A stretch of DNA of 64,000 bases from Octopus sinensis (taxonomy: Eukaryota): contig NC_043008.1 of assembly GCF_006345805.1 (NCBI RefSeq), positions 18,290,001-18,354,000 on the forward strand. Reading direction: 5' to 3'. How positions within the stretch are numbered: position 1 is the stretch's first letter; every line of letters starts with the position of its first letter. Under the pieces are notes generated by a model. That model was not told the origin of the DNA, made no database searches, and worked only from the letters and a program-made list of their open reading frames with translations. This document shows, piece by piece, positions 12,051 to 22,860 of the stretch. The position numbers and the translations under genes are program-made.

Positions 12051-12231
12051 GCCAACTTGTATTATATTGTATTGTTAATTAGTATTAAATTTTTTATTTC
12101 ATTATTTGTTACGTCCGTCTGTATATATCCGTGCTGATTTTGTGCTCACAAAATATTATTCTACAATCTTATATTGATATTCCTGCGTTTGTGTGTTTGG
12201 GTATTACTCTGTGTATAAACAAATTATCTAG

Positions 12232-12286
<55 letters not shown>

Positions 12287-12380
12287 ATATTGGGAGAAGC
12301 GTTATGTGAAATTCTCGTAGTTTGTTCCTTGTGTTGAAATGCAATACAGTGTATTTGCACCCGTGTGATTGTGTACATTT

Positions 12381-12430
<50 letters not shown>

Positions 12431-12538
12431 GTGTGTGTGTATATGTATGTATATATGCGTGTGTTTGTGTGTGTGTGTGAGCGTACGCGCGTCTGTGTCA
12501 GTATGAGTGGATATATATCAGTAAATACGAATGTCTAC

Positions 12539-12615
12539 CATTATATATATATTTATACAAAATCCGTGTAGCTTTGTATAGAACTTAATGTCACTAAACG
12601 ATAAGATAATTCTGA
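12539..12615 (-). CDS. Candidate exon (E4), weaker support
   Basis: GATCTTTAG acceptor, 77 nt in phase 1-0 (VRIILSFSDIKFYTKLHGFCINIYIM), donor GTAGAC. Chosen partly because it preserves phase between E3 and E5. Confidence 0.3.
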
Positions 12616-12737
12616 CTAAAGATCATCATAAATAATTTATATCTTATAAATATTTCTCAAGAAAAAAAAATGTATTCTCTACATCACACAATTTTATAAC
12701 ACAATAGAGCACAGGTTAGAGAGAGCCATACATCAAC

Positions 12738-12823
12738 CTGTTCTAAAACTATCTTTTCTGAATAGATAGTGCTTTAAACTGACAACAGAACTATTTCTGA
12801 ATCTGATAGATAACTCTCCCAAG
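12738..12823 (-). CDS. Candidate exon (E3)
   Basis: TATATAACAG acceptor, 86 nt in phase 2-1 (SLGELSIRFRNSSVVSLKHYLFRKDSFRT), donor AG|GTTGAT; open in the frame required by E2. Confidence 0.5.
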
Positions 12824-12911
12824 CTGTTATATATATATAAAAAATAATAGCTTTTCTAGCGTGCAAAATTAAGTGGAACCTGTGCAAAAGTTTTTGAAAT
12901 TTATTTCCTAT

Positions 12912-12948
<37 letters not shown>

Positions 12949-12949
<1 letters not shown>

Positions 12950-13019
12950 TTCTAAAAAAATGGTGAAAAACTACACTTCTATAATTCTTTGTTTGGTGCA
13001 GGCAGTCGGTTAGAAATTT
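12949..13019 (-). CDS. Candidate exon (E2)
   Basis: Very strong acceptor TTTTTTTTTCTTTTATCTTTTAAGTTTAG, 71 nt in phase 0-2 (KFLTDCLHQTKNYRSVVFHHFFR), donor AG|GTAAAT. Only this frame is open. Confidence 0.55.
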
Positions 13020-13116
13020 CTAAACTTAAAAGATAAAAGAAAAAAAAAACGTTTGCTCGATATTTAATATAGTTATGAAATAAAATGTTGCAAAAGTGCA
13101 AAATACTCTTGCTTAC

Positions 13117-13206
13117 CTGGATATTATTTTTGCATTCCGGAGACAGACTGCCTGTCTAAAGTGATGCAATCACGGTAGGGCTGATTCGTATTCCCCCAAA
13201 ATGGAT
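13117..13206 (-). CDS. Candidate exon (E1), long form with an in-frame TAG; the short form is 13117-13155
   Basis: Acceptor TTTTATTTGTCAATTTTAG and donor CAG|GTAAGC. Phase-0 reading is IHFGGIRISPTVIASL*TGSLSPECKNNIQ; the TAG at 13156-13158 can itself serve as an acceptor. Confidence 0.45.
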
Positions 13207-13273
13207 CTAAAATTGACAAATAAAATTATTTCACTCGAATACACAAAACTTTCTAACATATAGCTCAGCTTAC

Positions 13274-13321
13274 CCGACATACCATCCATTTTAAGTTCTG
13301 TGAATCCAACGTTATTTTATT
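13274..13321 (-). CDS. Candidate exon (E0)
   Basis: 48 nt in phase 0-0 (NKITLDSQNLKWMVCR), strong donor G|GTAAGC, modest acceptor. Confidence 0.35.
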
Positions 13322-15435
13322 CTAATGCTTTTAGTCTCAAAATAGATAAAACCTAATCTCAAACGCGTATTATAGTTTACTAACATTTTGAGTTCCTACA
13401 CATGATGGGCTTTACAAATATACAGCTGGTTTATGATCCTGTGGTAGCATTTGAAAGATAATAGTATAGTTTTACGTGTATTGTGACAGTGTGTATGAAA
13501 AGTAATATTAATTTTTATTGATAAAATACGACTTAGGTCATAACGTGTATTACTGATGTAATAGGAGGAGAATTTGTCTGGAAAATATGCATGTGATAGA
13601 TATATTAGGTTTGATGCGTTTGTTACTACATTTGTATACATGTAATCTCTTCCATTATTCCGCGAAATCATTTAGTCGCTATTTCACCGTATTTTACTTA
13701 AAGTCAAGAATTTCTGATATATAGAAATATATTAAGAAAATAAATATTTGACAGGTTGCCCTATATTTCATACAAGAAAAAGTACAATATTTTGATAAAT
13801 TCTATTGTCATAAATATTCTAACTCATTGAACAAATTGTTACCTACACTGACAATCAGCAATCCCCTAAAATTCTTGATTTTAACTTTATAGTCTTTCGT
13901 GCAAAGTTATTTATTACAATTTATATATTTTCTTACATAAAATATCAGTTCGCCAATTATGCGAGTTCCATAGATATGAACATACAATTAAATGATATAG
14001 TTTATTAAAGTACCGTATCACTTTGTCAGAAAATCAGTATAGTGTGAAGAAATGTAGAGATTTTGCCAACATACCTAAAGAAATTTATTTATGAGTGACT
14101 GCTTTTCGTGCTGAAATCAAGATGACAGACTTTGGCTTTCATCCCTTTAAGTTTAAATGAATATACATTAGGTATTTAATGTGTTTGTTTCAATAGCATA
14201 TGCCATCCCCTATAAAACTATATTAACGAGCCAACAGTTGAAAATAATATTGCTTTGTCACATTCATTCTCTTCTAGCAGCTATTTTTATTCACTTTACC
14301 AGAGATAATACGGGAGTTATATTTGTGTAATTATTTTATTACAAAACAACATTTTGTTTGATCAAGGGCGAATTCTTCCTGTCTGAAAATCGCGTTTGTG
14401 ATTTTAAAGGGATGCATATAATTGGGCGAAAGTGTATTAATATTTGAGATTCAATAGCATCCAACCACTGAAGACTGTTACATTGTGTTTGAGATAAAAT
14501 ATAAAATACAAAACTCCCTGGTGACTTTGAATATGACTTGGAACAGCTTGACAGGTTAAACAACAGGTGTAATATCAAATTGACGAGGGTTTCGCCTACT
14601 CAGTGTGCAAACACGATTATTAACTATTTATTAACCAATACCATTTCTATATTTCAGATGTTTTGCTACTGGAGATTATAAATAACATAAGAGAAACGAA
14701 AAGCAATTTTAAAAAAATGTATTATGACAAAATATCGGAGTTACATGATAATAGGAGGTCGCATTTACATTTCCTGTGAATGCAGAAAAAAAATAAATGT
14801 ATTCGATTTGAAACAAAGGATACATAAATGGATAATAAGATTTGCCGAAAAATAAAGAAAGCCCAAAGGAGGCAATTTGCTAATATCTATGTTGTGATTT
14901 TCAATAATTCACATGATGCTATCAACAATTTAAACTCATCCGTTGTAAGTGTTGTGATTTAAGTGACAGAATGATAGCGAAAATTGAAATCCCAAACAGA
15001 ATGTCATGTTTGAATAATGACGATATCCTTATGGACTTCTCAGATGTTTATTTATTAAAATAATGGAAATGATGTTGGTGTTTTTCTACGACGAAATCAT
15101 TGATTTGAACGAAACATAAAAGTGAAGTTTGATGTAGCATCTTAACGGCTTTAGTTGAAAGATGTTCATATATTTATATATGTATACGTATATTTATATG
15201 CGAAAGGTTACATACTTGTGTGCGTGTATTACTGGGAAGTTTTAAATAAAATTAAACACACTGTTCCTCTATTTGTTCTTCGCCTGACATTCTAATTTAG
15301 GGAAAGTTTTATATGATATATTCGAGATTACTTTAATTAGACTTCTTATATTTTGTGGTTCTTCAATACAGTTGTGGTTGAAAATCATGAGTGTCGAGAT
15401 GAACTTACAATTCTTTTCCGGTTGAATTAAAATAT

Positions 15436-15694
15436 TTCTGTTGTGTCTGGAAAGAGTCATTTTTTTATTGTGATTTATAATATACCACACTCACAGGTAA
15501 AATTTCCACATGTTTTTATTTTTATTTTCCAAAAATTTTCGTTGCGTCTTGCTACCTGGAAATTTTACCGAAGTTTGCAAGACGCAACGAAAATTTTAGG
15601 AAAATAAAAATAAGGAAAAAGGGGAAATTGTACCGGTGAGTGTGTTATATTATAAGGCACAAAAAGAAAATGACTCTCCCCAGACACAACAGAA
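15436..15694. repeat. Long imperfect inverted repeat (~117-bp arms, 24-nt spacer), probably a Penelope-type terminal repeat
   Basis: 15436-15552 is the reverse complement of 15577-15694 (core AAAATTTTCGTTGCGTCTTGC / GCAAGACGCAACGAAAATTTT). Confidence 0.85.
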
Positions 15695-16273
15695 TATGCT
15701 TAAACACACGAACTCATATAAAGAATCTTGCAATCCAAATTCAAAAACGAAATAAAATATTTCTATTTTATTCCTATTACATATAACCGTTCCATTCATA
15801 AATGTGCAATTACTATATGAGATAAATTATTTTATCTTGTTTGAGTTTCAGAGATTTTTAAGTCTTCAGTCTCATACTCTGTCGTGTAAAAACGTGTCTA
15901 AACGAAAGTTATTCTGACACTCTAGTTTTAAATTAGAAAAGACGTGCGACTAGTAGACTTACTCTGATTCAATATTCCTACTTCATGTTATCTCTTCGTG
16001 TTACGTTCGCTTGGAAATTTTTGACGCATAGGTTAGAGTAATATATAACGCAGAATATACTTACCTATTATTTAGATTGATTTTTGCTCAGTAAGTGTGC
16101 TTTATTAATCGGGAATTATAATGGAAAGATATGGAATGCTAGTTAAGTTTTAACAATTTTTGCAGAATATATCGCAAGAAATACGATTATTAGGAACATT
16201 TCTATCAAACAAGTTGCGGAACTTAAAATTTTTCGTCGTGGTTTCTAGGCAGTGGTTATCATTAACCTATATA

Positions 16274-16960
16274 CAGAGTGTTCTGGCTAAATTTGACGGC
16301 TGTTTATGTTTCCATTTTTTCAAGAACAGTTTCGCTGGAAAGGATAATAATTAAACTTATAGTTGAGAAAAAGTTAACTCACATGGAAGATGATAGCCAT
16401 TTTAATATTGAAATAGATTTACTTGTAACATGACTACTGCTCAGTACACTGGCAACACTGCTAATGCTGTAAGACATGATGTGGATCGATGCAACGGAGA
16501 CTACGAATTCGTGACCTCCAGGAAGGAATACGGCCAGCGTACTGACTGCGTCCGCACGCTAGCGTCCTCCATCAGTTGCAGGTCAGGAATTTAGGCTCAA
16601 TACAGCCGGCTATGTGAAGCTACTGGATATAGTGTTCAAACTCAGCTGCAGGTGTTTGTTGTTAGAAGGTCGTATGTATGGCTGCAGGATTCCGTTTCTA
16701 GCTATCCCTCTGAAGAGTGTCAGAAACAGTGGTCAGAGTTATTAAGATTTCCCTCACCCCAATTTCCGCCCTTCCAATTCCTGCGATTGTTATACCATAG
16801 ATTGTTATATGTGAGGTGCATTTGACGAAGATACCACCTGCTCTACGCCCTGCCTGCAACACCAAGGCCGAGCTAGTGGCACAGATGAAGGAGTTGTTCG
16901 GAAATCTTCCCAGAAACAGAGTGAGGAAAATCATACATCAGGTTCCAGTGGCGTCTGAAG
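16274..16960 (+). mobile_element. Degenerate, internally deleted maT/DD37D-type Tc1-mariner transposon
   Basis: TA followed by CAGAGTGTTCTGGCTAAATT as a TIR-like start. Decayed peptides GRSYVWLQDS, FRPSNSCDC and CNTKAELVAQMKELFGNLPR correspond to the GRPYVWQQDSAP...WPPNSPDCNP motifs. Confidence 0.75.
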
Positions 16961-17059
16961 TAATATTTATTTATTTATGTGTGACTCGACAGTCACTATT
17001 ACAAAAGTTAATTATTTTATGCTCCTCGCAAGCTTACAAAATTCTTGAGTCAACAATAT

Positions 17060-17180
17060 ATGTATGTCTGTCTGTCTGTATGTCTGTCTGTCTGTATGTA
17101 TGTATGTATGTATGTATGTATGTATGTATGTATGTATGTATGCATGTGTGTATGTATGCATGTATGTATGTGTGTGTATG
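17060..17180. repeat. (GTAT)n/(GTCT)n microsatellite
   Basis: Direct inspection; it abuts the 3' end of an R4-like element. Confidence 0.95.
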
Positions 17181-17191
17181 TAAGATTTGTA

Positions 17192-17800
17192 TGTGACATT
17201 GTTAAGTTTTATTTCAAGATTTCTTGCCAATAGAGAAAGAGCCGGTTACTAACCTAGATTCAAGGCTCCTTCATTGGAATTTCAACATCAATAACTGTGT
17301 ATTTTTGTATGTATGTATGTATGTATGTATGTTTAGCTTTATGCATTTATTGTTATGCATATAATTGCATTTCTAGACGTGCTCATATTTATTTAAATGA
17401 TAAACCTCTGGAAAGTTTTACAGACTTTTACAGTTCCAGTCATGGATTGGGTCTGTAGTCTTCGAATTAGCTTTCTTCCTTTCTGGTTTTGAGAAGCCTA
17501 ATTTCTCAAGATTGGTATTTAGGTAGTGTGTTACATATCCGAGGACCCCAATAATTACAGGTATAAACATGAACTTGTAATCTTGATAGAGTAACTGCAG
17601 ATTTCTCAATAGTTCAGCGTAGGTATTCTCTGATCTTCAGCTTGATGTTAACATCCACAACTATGAACAGTTTCTCTTCTCTACCCAAATCATTACATTA
17701 GGTCTGTTGTGCATACATTTTATTGAGGTCTTCACTGGGACATTCCACCAATACTCGTTTTATTACGAGTGGATATGGTCTCTACCATACTGTGGGTTCT
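17192..17800 (-). pseudogene. 3' fragment of an R4/Dong-clade retrotransposon (RLE C-terminus plus 3' UTR), lineage 2
   Basis: Frameshifted peptides EYWWNVPVKTSIKCMHNRPNVMIW and YAELLRNLQLLYQDYKFMFIPVIIGVLGYV. The 3' UTR contains an internal (ACAT)n and ends at the (ACAT)n array. The 5' limit is approximate. Confidence 0.72.
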
Positions 17801-18924
17801 TATTTCTTATATAATCCTGATTGTCGCTACTACTATAATAATAGTTGCAGTTGTGTCTGCTATTTACCATAGCCGTAGCAGAGGGACAGTGGTCACGTAC
17901 TTGAGTCAGTAATGTAGTTTGGCTGGTAGGCACTATGGAATCTGTTGGAATGCCAGTAGCTGCGAAACTACGTGGTAGTCTTATAACATTCACGTTTTCA
18001 TTCTTGTTTATACAGTTGGTTAATTTTCGATTTTTTAATCGAATGCATGTATGTATATAGACATAGTTGCTCGTCGTATACATAGATATGTGTGTGTCTG
18101 TGAGAGCGTTTTCCTTTTTGTTTGTGCAGGGATGGCAAACTGTTTAAGAAATTCCTGATATTCACGAGGTCTTGGTTCGTTCCTGTAGCATCACATCCTT
18201 TGCAAGTGACTAGTATTATATATTCTGGTCGACAAAGTCTTCTAATAAAATCGAAAAAGACATTCGGGGGATATACTTCCCTGCTAATAAAGTGGAAGCA
18301 TAATTTCTTACGAAAGAATACTAGATAATCAATTCCCTAGAGTCTGAGACAGAATTCTTCCCGTTATTTATTCATTTGAATGTTTTTCAAGTATTGAGAT
18401 CAAATTGGTCAAGAATTTTGTCAAATGGCATTTCATTCTTCAAAGGTCAAAAATTATCTACAAACCAAGTATCGATTTTCAGTTAATCAATTGATTGATT
18501 CCTTATGTTATTGACTATTTCTTGCTTGAAAAATTAGTAACTTATAAAATTTTACAAGCAGCGTTTTTCCAATATATTCCAATATATTTTAGTACTTTTC
18601 CTTCGTTACATTTAGCTATGATTCCTCGATTCCTACGTTTTATCAAGCAATATTTTGTGCCTTCGTTACTTCCTATTCTTTCCTTAGATTTATACTTTTC
18701 ACATGAATTAAGGAACTCTATTTTTAATGTTGCTACCATAATAATATAAGCGTGGCTAACACACAAAACAACCAGTGATCAGCGAAGAAAGTTTTTAAAA
18801 ACATTTAGTATTGTGTTGAAATTTTCGCCTTACATTTTAAATGTACAGGTTTGGTGATGCAAACAGGAAAAATATAACTCAGAACATGAGTGGATGTCTT
18901 TATGTGTGTGTGTGTATGTACACA

Positions 18925-19013
18925 TTATTATTGTTGTTGTTGTTGTTATTATTATTGTTATTATTATTAAAATTATTAGTATTATTATTATTGTTATTAT
19001 TATTATTATTATT
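18925..19013. repeat. (TTA)n microsatellite (3' flank of the Dong-like element)
   Basis: Direct inspection. Confidence 0.95.
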
Positions 19014-20771
19014 CTATGTTTGACTTTTGCTTTATGTCTGTACAAGTTGGCTCCAAGTCTCACCCACAGACCTCAAGAGACAACAGGTTAGAAGTTCTGT
19101 GCCATATATTTGGGTTTTTTTTTTCTTTTTTTTTTGGTGTTGTACTAGTGAATGTCTAATACATAAAAAAAAATAATAAATAAATTTTAAAAAAAGTTTG
19201 TTTTAAACCTTGGGATTACATAGAGAGTATTTTGCGTAGGATATGAGCAGTTCCCACGAACACTATCTTTTGAATTTCTGCCATTTTGGGGTTTCCTGGT
19301 ATCTGAGTTAGGTAGCAATCAGTCCCTTTCGCTATCATTCCCAGGGCACCTATGACAACAGGTATTGTTTTAGTCTTCAGCTTCCACATTTTGCTGATTT
19401 CTATTTCAAGATCTTTATATTTGCTCAGTTTTTGGTAGGTCTTGACAGATACGTTTATATCGATGGGACAGTCATATCAATGAGGAGGCATGTTCTTTGT
19501 CTGAAGTCTTTCAATATAATGTCTGGCCTATTTGCATCTATCTTCCTGTCAGTTTGAATGGTGAAGTTCCAGAGGAGTGAGATGTGGTCATTTTCAAGCA
19601 CAGGAGGTGGATTGTGTTCCCACCAGTTTTTTTCATGGGGCGAATCCAGGTTTTTGCAAATCACCCAGTGAATATATTGTGCAGCTCTATCATGCCTACT
19701 AAGGTACTCTGTAGGCGCTAGAAGACTGCATTTGGAGACAACATGATCAATGGTTTCATTTTGTTGTCGGCATACACGACATGTTGGGCTACTGCCGTTC
19801 TTTAATATGTTGGCCTGGTAGTTTCTTGTTGGTAGACATTGATCTTGAGCTGCTATGATAAACCCCTCTGTTTCAGATTTTAAGCCAGAGGCCATTAGCC
19901 ATTGATGTGTCAGGGCTTTGTCGATATCTGCATTATTCGCTCTCTTTGGGTATTTGCCATAGAGAGGTTTTTCTTGCCATTTATTATTCAGAATATCTAA
20001 GGCCGCAGTTTTGGCACGGGTTTTCATGCGCCTAGACTTTTCTGTGCATGTTTCTTGTATATCTATCTCTAATTCCGAAATTGGTTGTATTCGGAATTCA
20101 CTTAGATATTCCTTTGCCTGTTTTGTGACTGAGTATGATGATTTCTTGTTTTCATGTTTTGAAACAAGTTTTAACATCCAGTCCTCAGAGTTTTTCAGGT
20201 ATGTGTCTAGGCCAATTGTAGCAATCTTCATTGTTATTGCCAGTTGCAAAAGACCACGGCCTCCCTCTTTTCATGGCAGATAGAGTCGTTCTGTATCTGC
20301 CTTAGGGTGGTGCATTCTATGCATTGTCAACAGTTTCCTTATTTTTCTGTCGAGCTGACATATTTCAGTAATTGACCAGTTAACAATATTGAAACTGTAA
20401 GTCACGACTGGTATGGCTAATGCATTGATCGATTCGATCCTGTTTCTTGCTTCAGCTCTGTCTTGAGTATTGCTCTCACTCTTCGATAGCATTCTCTCCT
20501 GATCCTTTCCTTCATCACTGAATGCCTTATTCCGTTCCCTTCAATTACCCCTAGGTACTTGTAGCTCTCCGCTGGGTCTAGTTCTTTTATGACATTCTGT
20601 TGGTCAAGGTTAACGTTAGATGTTTCTGTCATTTTTCCTTTGATAAAGGTAGCCTTTGCACATTTATCGAGGCCGAATTGCATTCTGATGTCGTCACTGA
20701 ATTGTTTGATTATCGCTAGTAAGCCCTTGAGTTGTTTGTCATTTTTTGCAAAAAGCTTTAAATCATCCATG
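19014..20771 (-). mobile_element. 5'-truncated R4/Dong-clade non-LTR retrotransposon inserted in (TAA)n
   Basis: RT motif MDDLKLFAK and YKYLGV; LYLPxxEGGRGL; CRVC...ETIDHVVSKC knuckle; RHD; RPDIIL; KLSKYKDL; ORF stop at 19216. Two single-base frameshifts (near 20460 and 19460) and a CGA>TGA-type stop at 20271. (TTA)n on both flanks. Confidence 0.93.
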
Positions 20772-20774
20772 ATT

Positions 20775-20793
20775 TATTATTATTATTATATTA

Positions 20794-20831
<38 letters not shown>

Positions 20832-20873
20832 GTTATTATTGTTATTATTATTATTATTATAATTATTATTGTA

Positions 20874-20908
<35 letters not shown>
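20775..20908. repeat. (TTA)n microsatellite (5' flank of the Dong-like element)
   Basis: Direct inspection. Confidence 0.95.
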
Positions 20909-21058
20909 GAATATTTACCAGAAGCGAGAGTTTCGTGCGTCATCCTATATTCTTTTCTCCGGTGAGGTTTACTGACAAACCTGAATGTCGGCATTAAGAA
21001 TTTAACACGAACTATATTCAATGAAGGATTTGCGCACACGCATAACAATGCATATATA

Positions 21059-21130
<72 letters not shown>

Positions 21131-21309
21131 CTGAGGTTATAAAAGATAATGGTATCATTGAGACCCAAAGGTGTCAGGTATTGCCGAATAAATGCTATAG
21201 ACAGACCATAGTTAAGTTCCAAATTCGGTAATTTTTGCGAATAAGGGTTTCAACGTTGGTTCTATGTCAGCGTGTGTATATAAGATTTTTTTAATTAATA
21301 AGAAAAAAA

Positions 21310-21720
21310 GACCCAAAAGTGTAGGTATTAGAGCATTTATACATAGAAGTTCTTTCAGCTGTTTCTAGGATATTTATTAATTATATCCCTTCATCGGAGA
21401 CGGTGTGAGAGGATGGTTAAGTTATAGTTAGTTTAGATGTGATATAAAATAGAGAGTGGGGTGGAGGAAAGAAAATAGATGCAAGATATGTATGGATATT
21501 GAAGTTATAAATCCATTTTTAAGGAATAGTGGTATATGTGCAATATCCCAATATACCATGAGTAAAGTCCAAAAGTCCAACAGAGATTAAAATGGTTCCT
21601 TCCAAATATAGAGTTTATAATTGATGTAAGATTCCCTTATGAGTGAGATCCAAGGAAACGAGTGAAATCCTGGGATGACCACGTTTAAACATCTGTCATT
21701 TGTTTACGTATTCCATCGTA
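21310..21720 (-). mobile_element. Penelope-type pLTR-like repeat with a degenerate hammerhead motif
   Basis: Minus strand TCT-CCGATGA-A-GGGATAT(loop)ATATCCT-A-GAAAC-AGCT-GAA-AGA at 21351-21400. Element limits approximate. Confidence 0.5.
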
Positions 21721-21929
21721 AAGTTATTTGCATCGTTGGTGACACTCTGTAATTATATATGCATGTATATATATATATATATTATATATTATATATATAT
21801 TTATATATTATATATATATACTTATATGTGTATAGTTATATATATATATATATATATATTTATATGTGTATAGTTATATATATATATATATATTTATATG
21901 TGCATAGTATATATATATATATATATATA

Positions 21930-22295
21930 CTAGCAGTATCGCCCGGCGTTGCTCAGGTTTGTAAGGAAAATAACTATAAAGCATTTTTAGAGAGTTATAG
22001 CTAAAAAATAGCAAAAAAATGGAAAAAAAATGATGGTAAATTTTTTTTTTAGTTAAAAAAGGTGGAGTTGCGTCCCCTAGACGGTCTGTGGTTTGGGTTT
22101 CTGATTCTCGACCCCATGTCGAATTTATCGATTTTTTTCAGAACTGGGGGGACTTTTCAAAATTTTCGCTGCGTTAGTTTTGAATTATGACATTGGGCTA
22201 TGTGTGTGTCAAGTTTCATCAGAATCGGTTGAAAGCCGTGGTCAGAGTGAGGGTACGAGAAAACAGACACACAGAAAACGCACAGACAAACTGCC

Positions 22296-22305
<10 letters not shown>
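21930..22305 (-). mobile_element. Non-autonomous Helitron
   Basis: Minus-strand 3' end is a small GC hairpin CCTGAGCAACGCCGGG followed by CGATACTG-CTAG and a T. The 5' part TATATAAACGGCAGTTTGTCTGTG merges with (TA)n. Confidence 0.78.
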
Positions 22306-22342
<37 letters not shown>

Positions 22343-22351
22343 CGTGTATAG

Positions 22352-22401
<50 letters not shown>

Positions 22402-22402
<1 letters not shown>

Positions 22403-22624
22403 TCTATTATTTGTTTCAGTCATTTGACTGTGGCCATTCTGGATTAACGCCTTTAGTCGAGAAAATCAAACCCAGGACTTACTCTTTGTAAGCTTAGTAC
22501 TTATTGTATCTGCATCTGTTGCTGAACCACTAAGTTACGGGGACGTAAACACACCAGCATCGTTTGTCATGAGATTTTGAGAGGAGAAACACAGACGCGC
22601 AAACATGTACACACAGGCACGCAA

Positions 22625-22704
<80 letters not shown>

Positions 22705-22860
22705 TTAAATACGACGGGCTTCTTTCCGTTTCTGTCTACGAGATCCACTCAGATGGCCCGATGCTACAGTAGAAGACACTTGTCGAAGATGTCATGTAGT
22801 GGGACTGAACCCGAAACCATGAGGTTGGTTAATAAGTAAGTTACCACACAGCCATTCCTA
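22402..22860 (-). mobile_element. SINE family B
   Basis: Family B tail, body and head with an expanded internal CA/TA repeat. Confidence 0.85.

Noticed and set aside
14900-15170. Possible mariner/MITE remnant ending CTTATGGACTTCTCAG
   Set aside because: TIR too degraded; no partner end or transposase trace.
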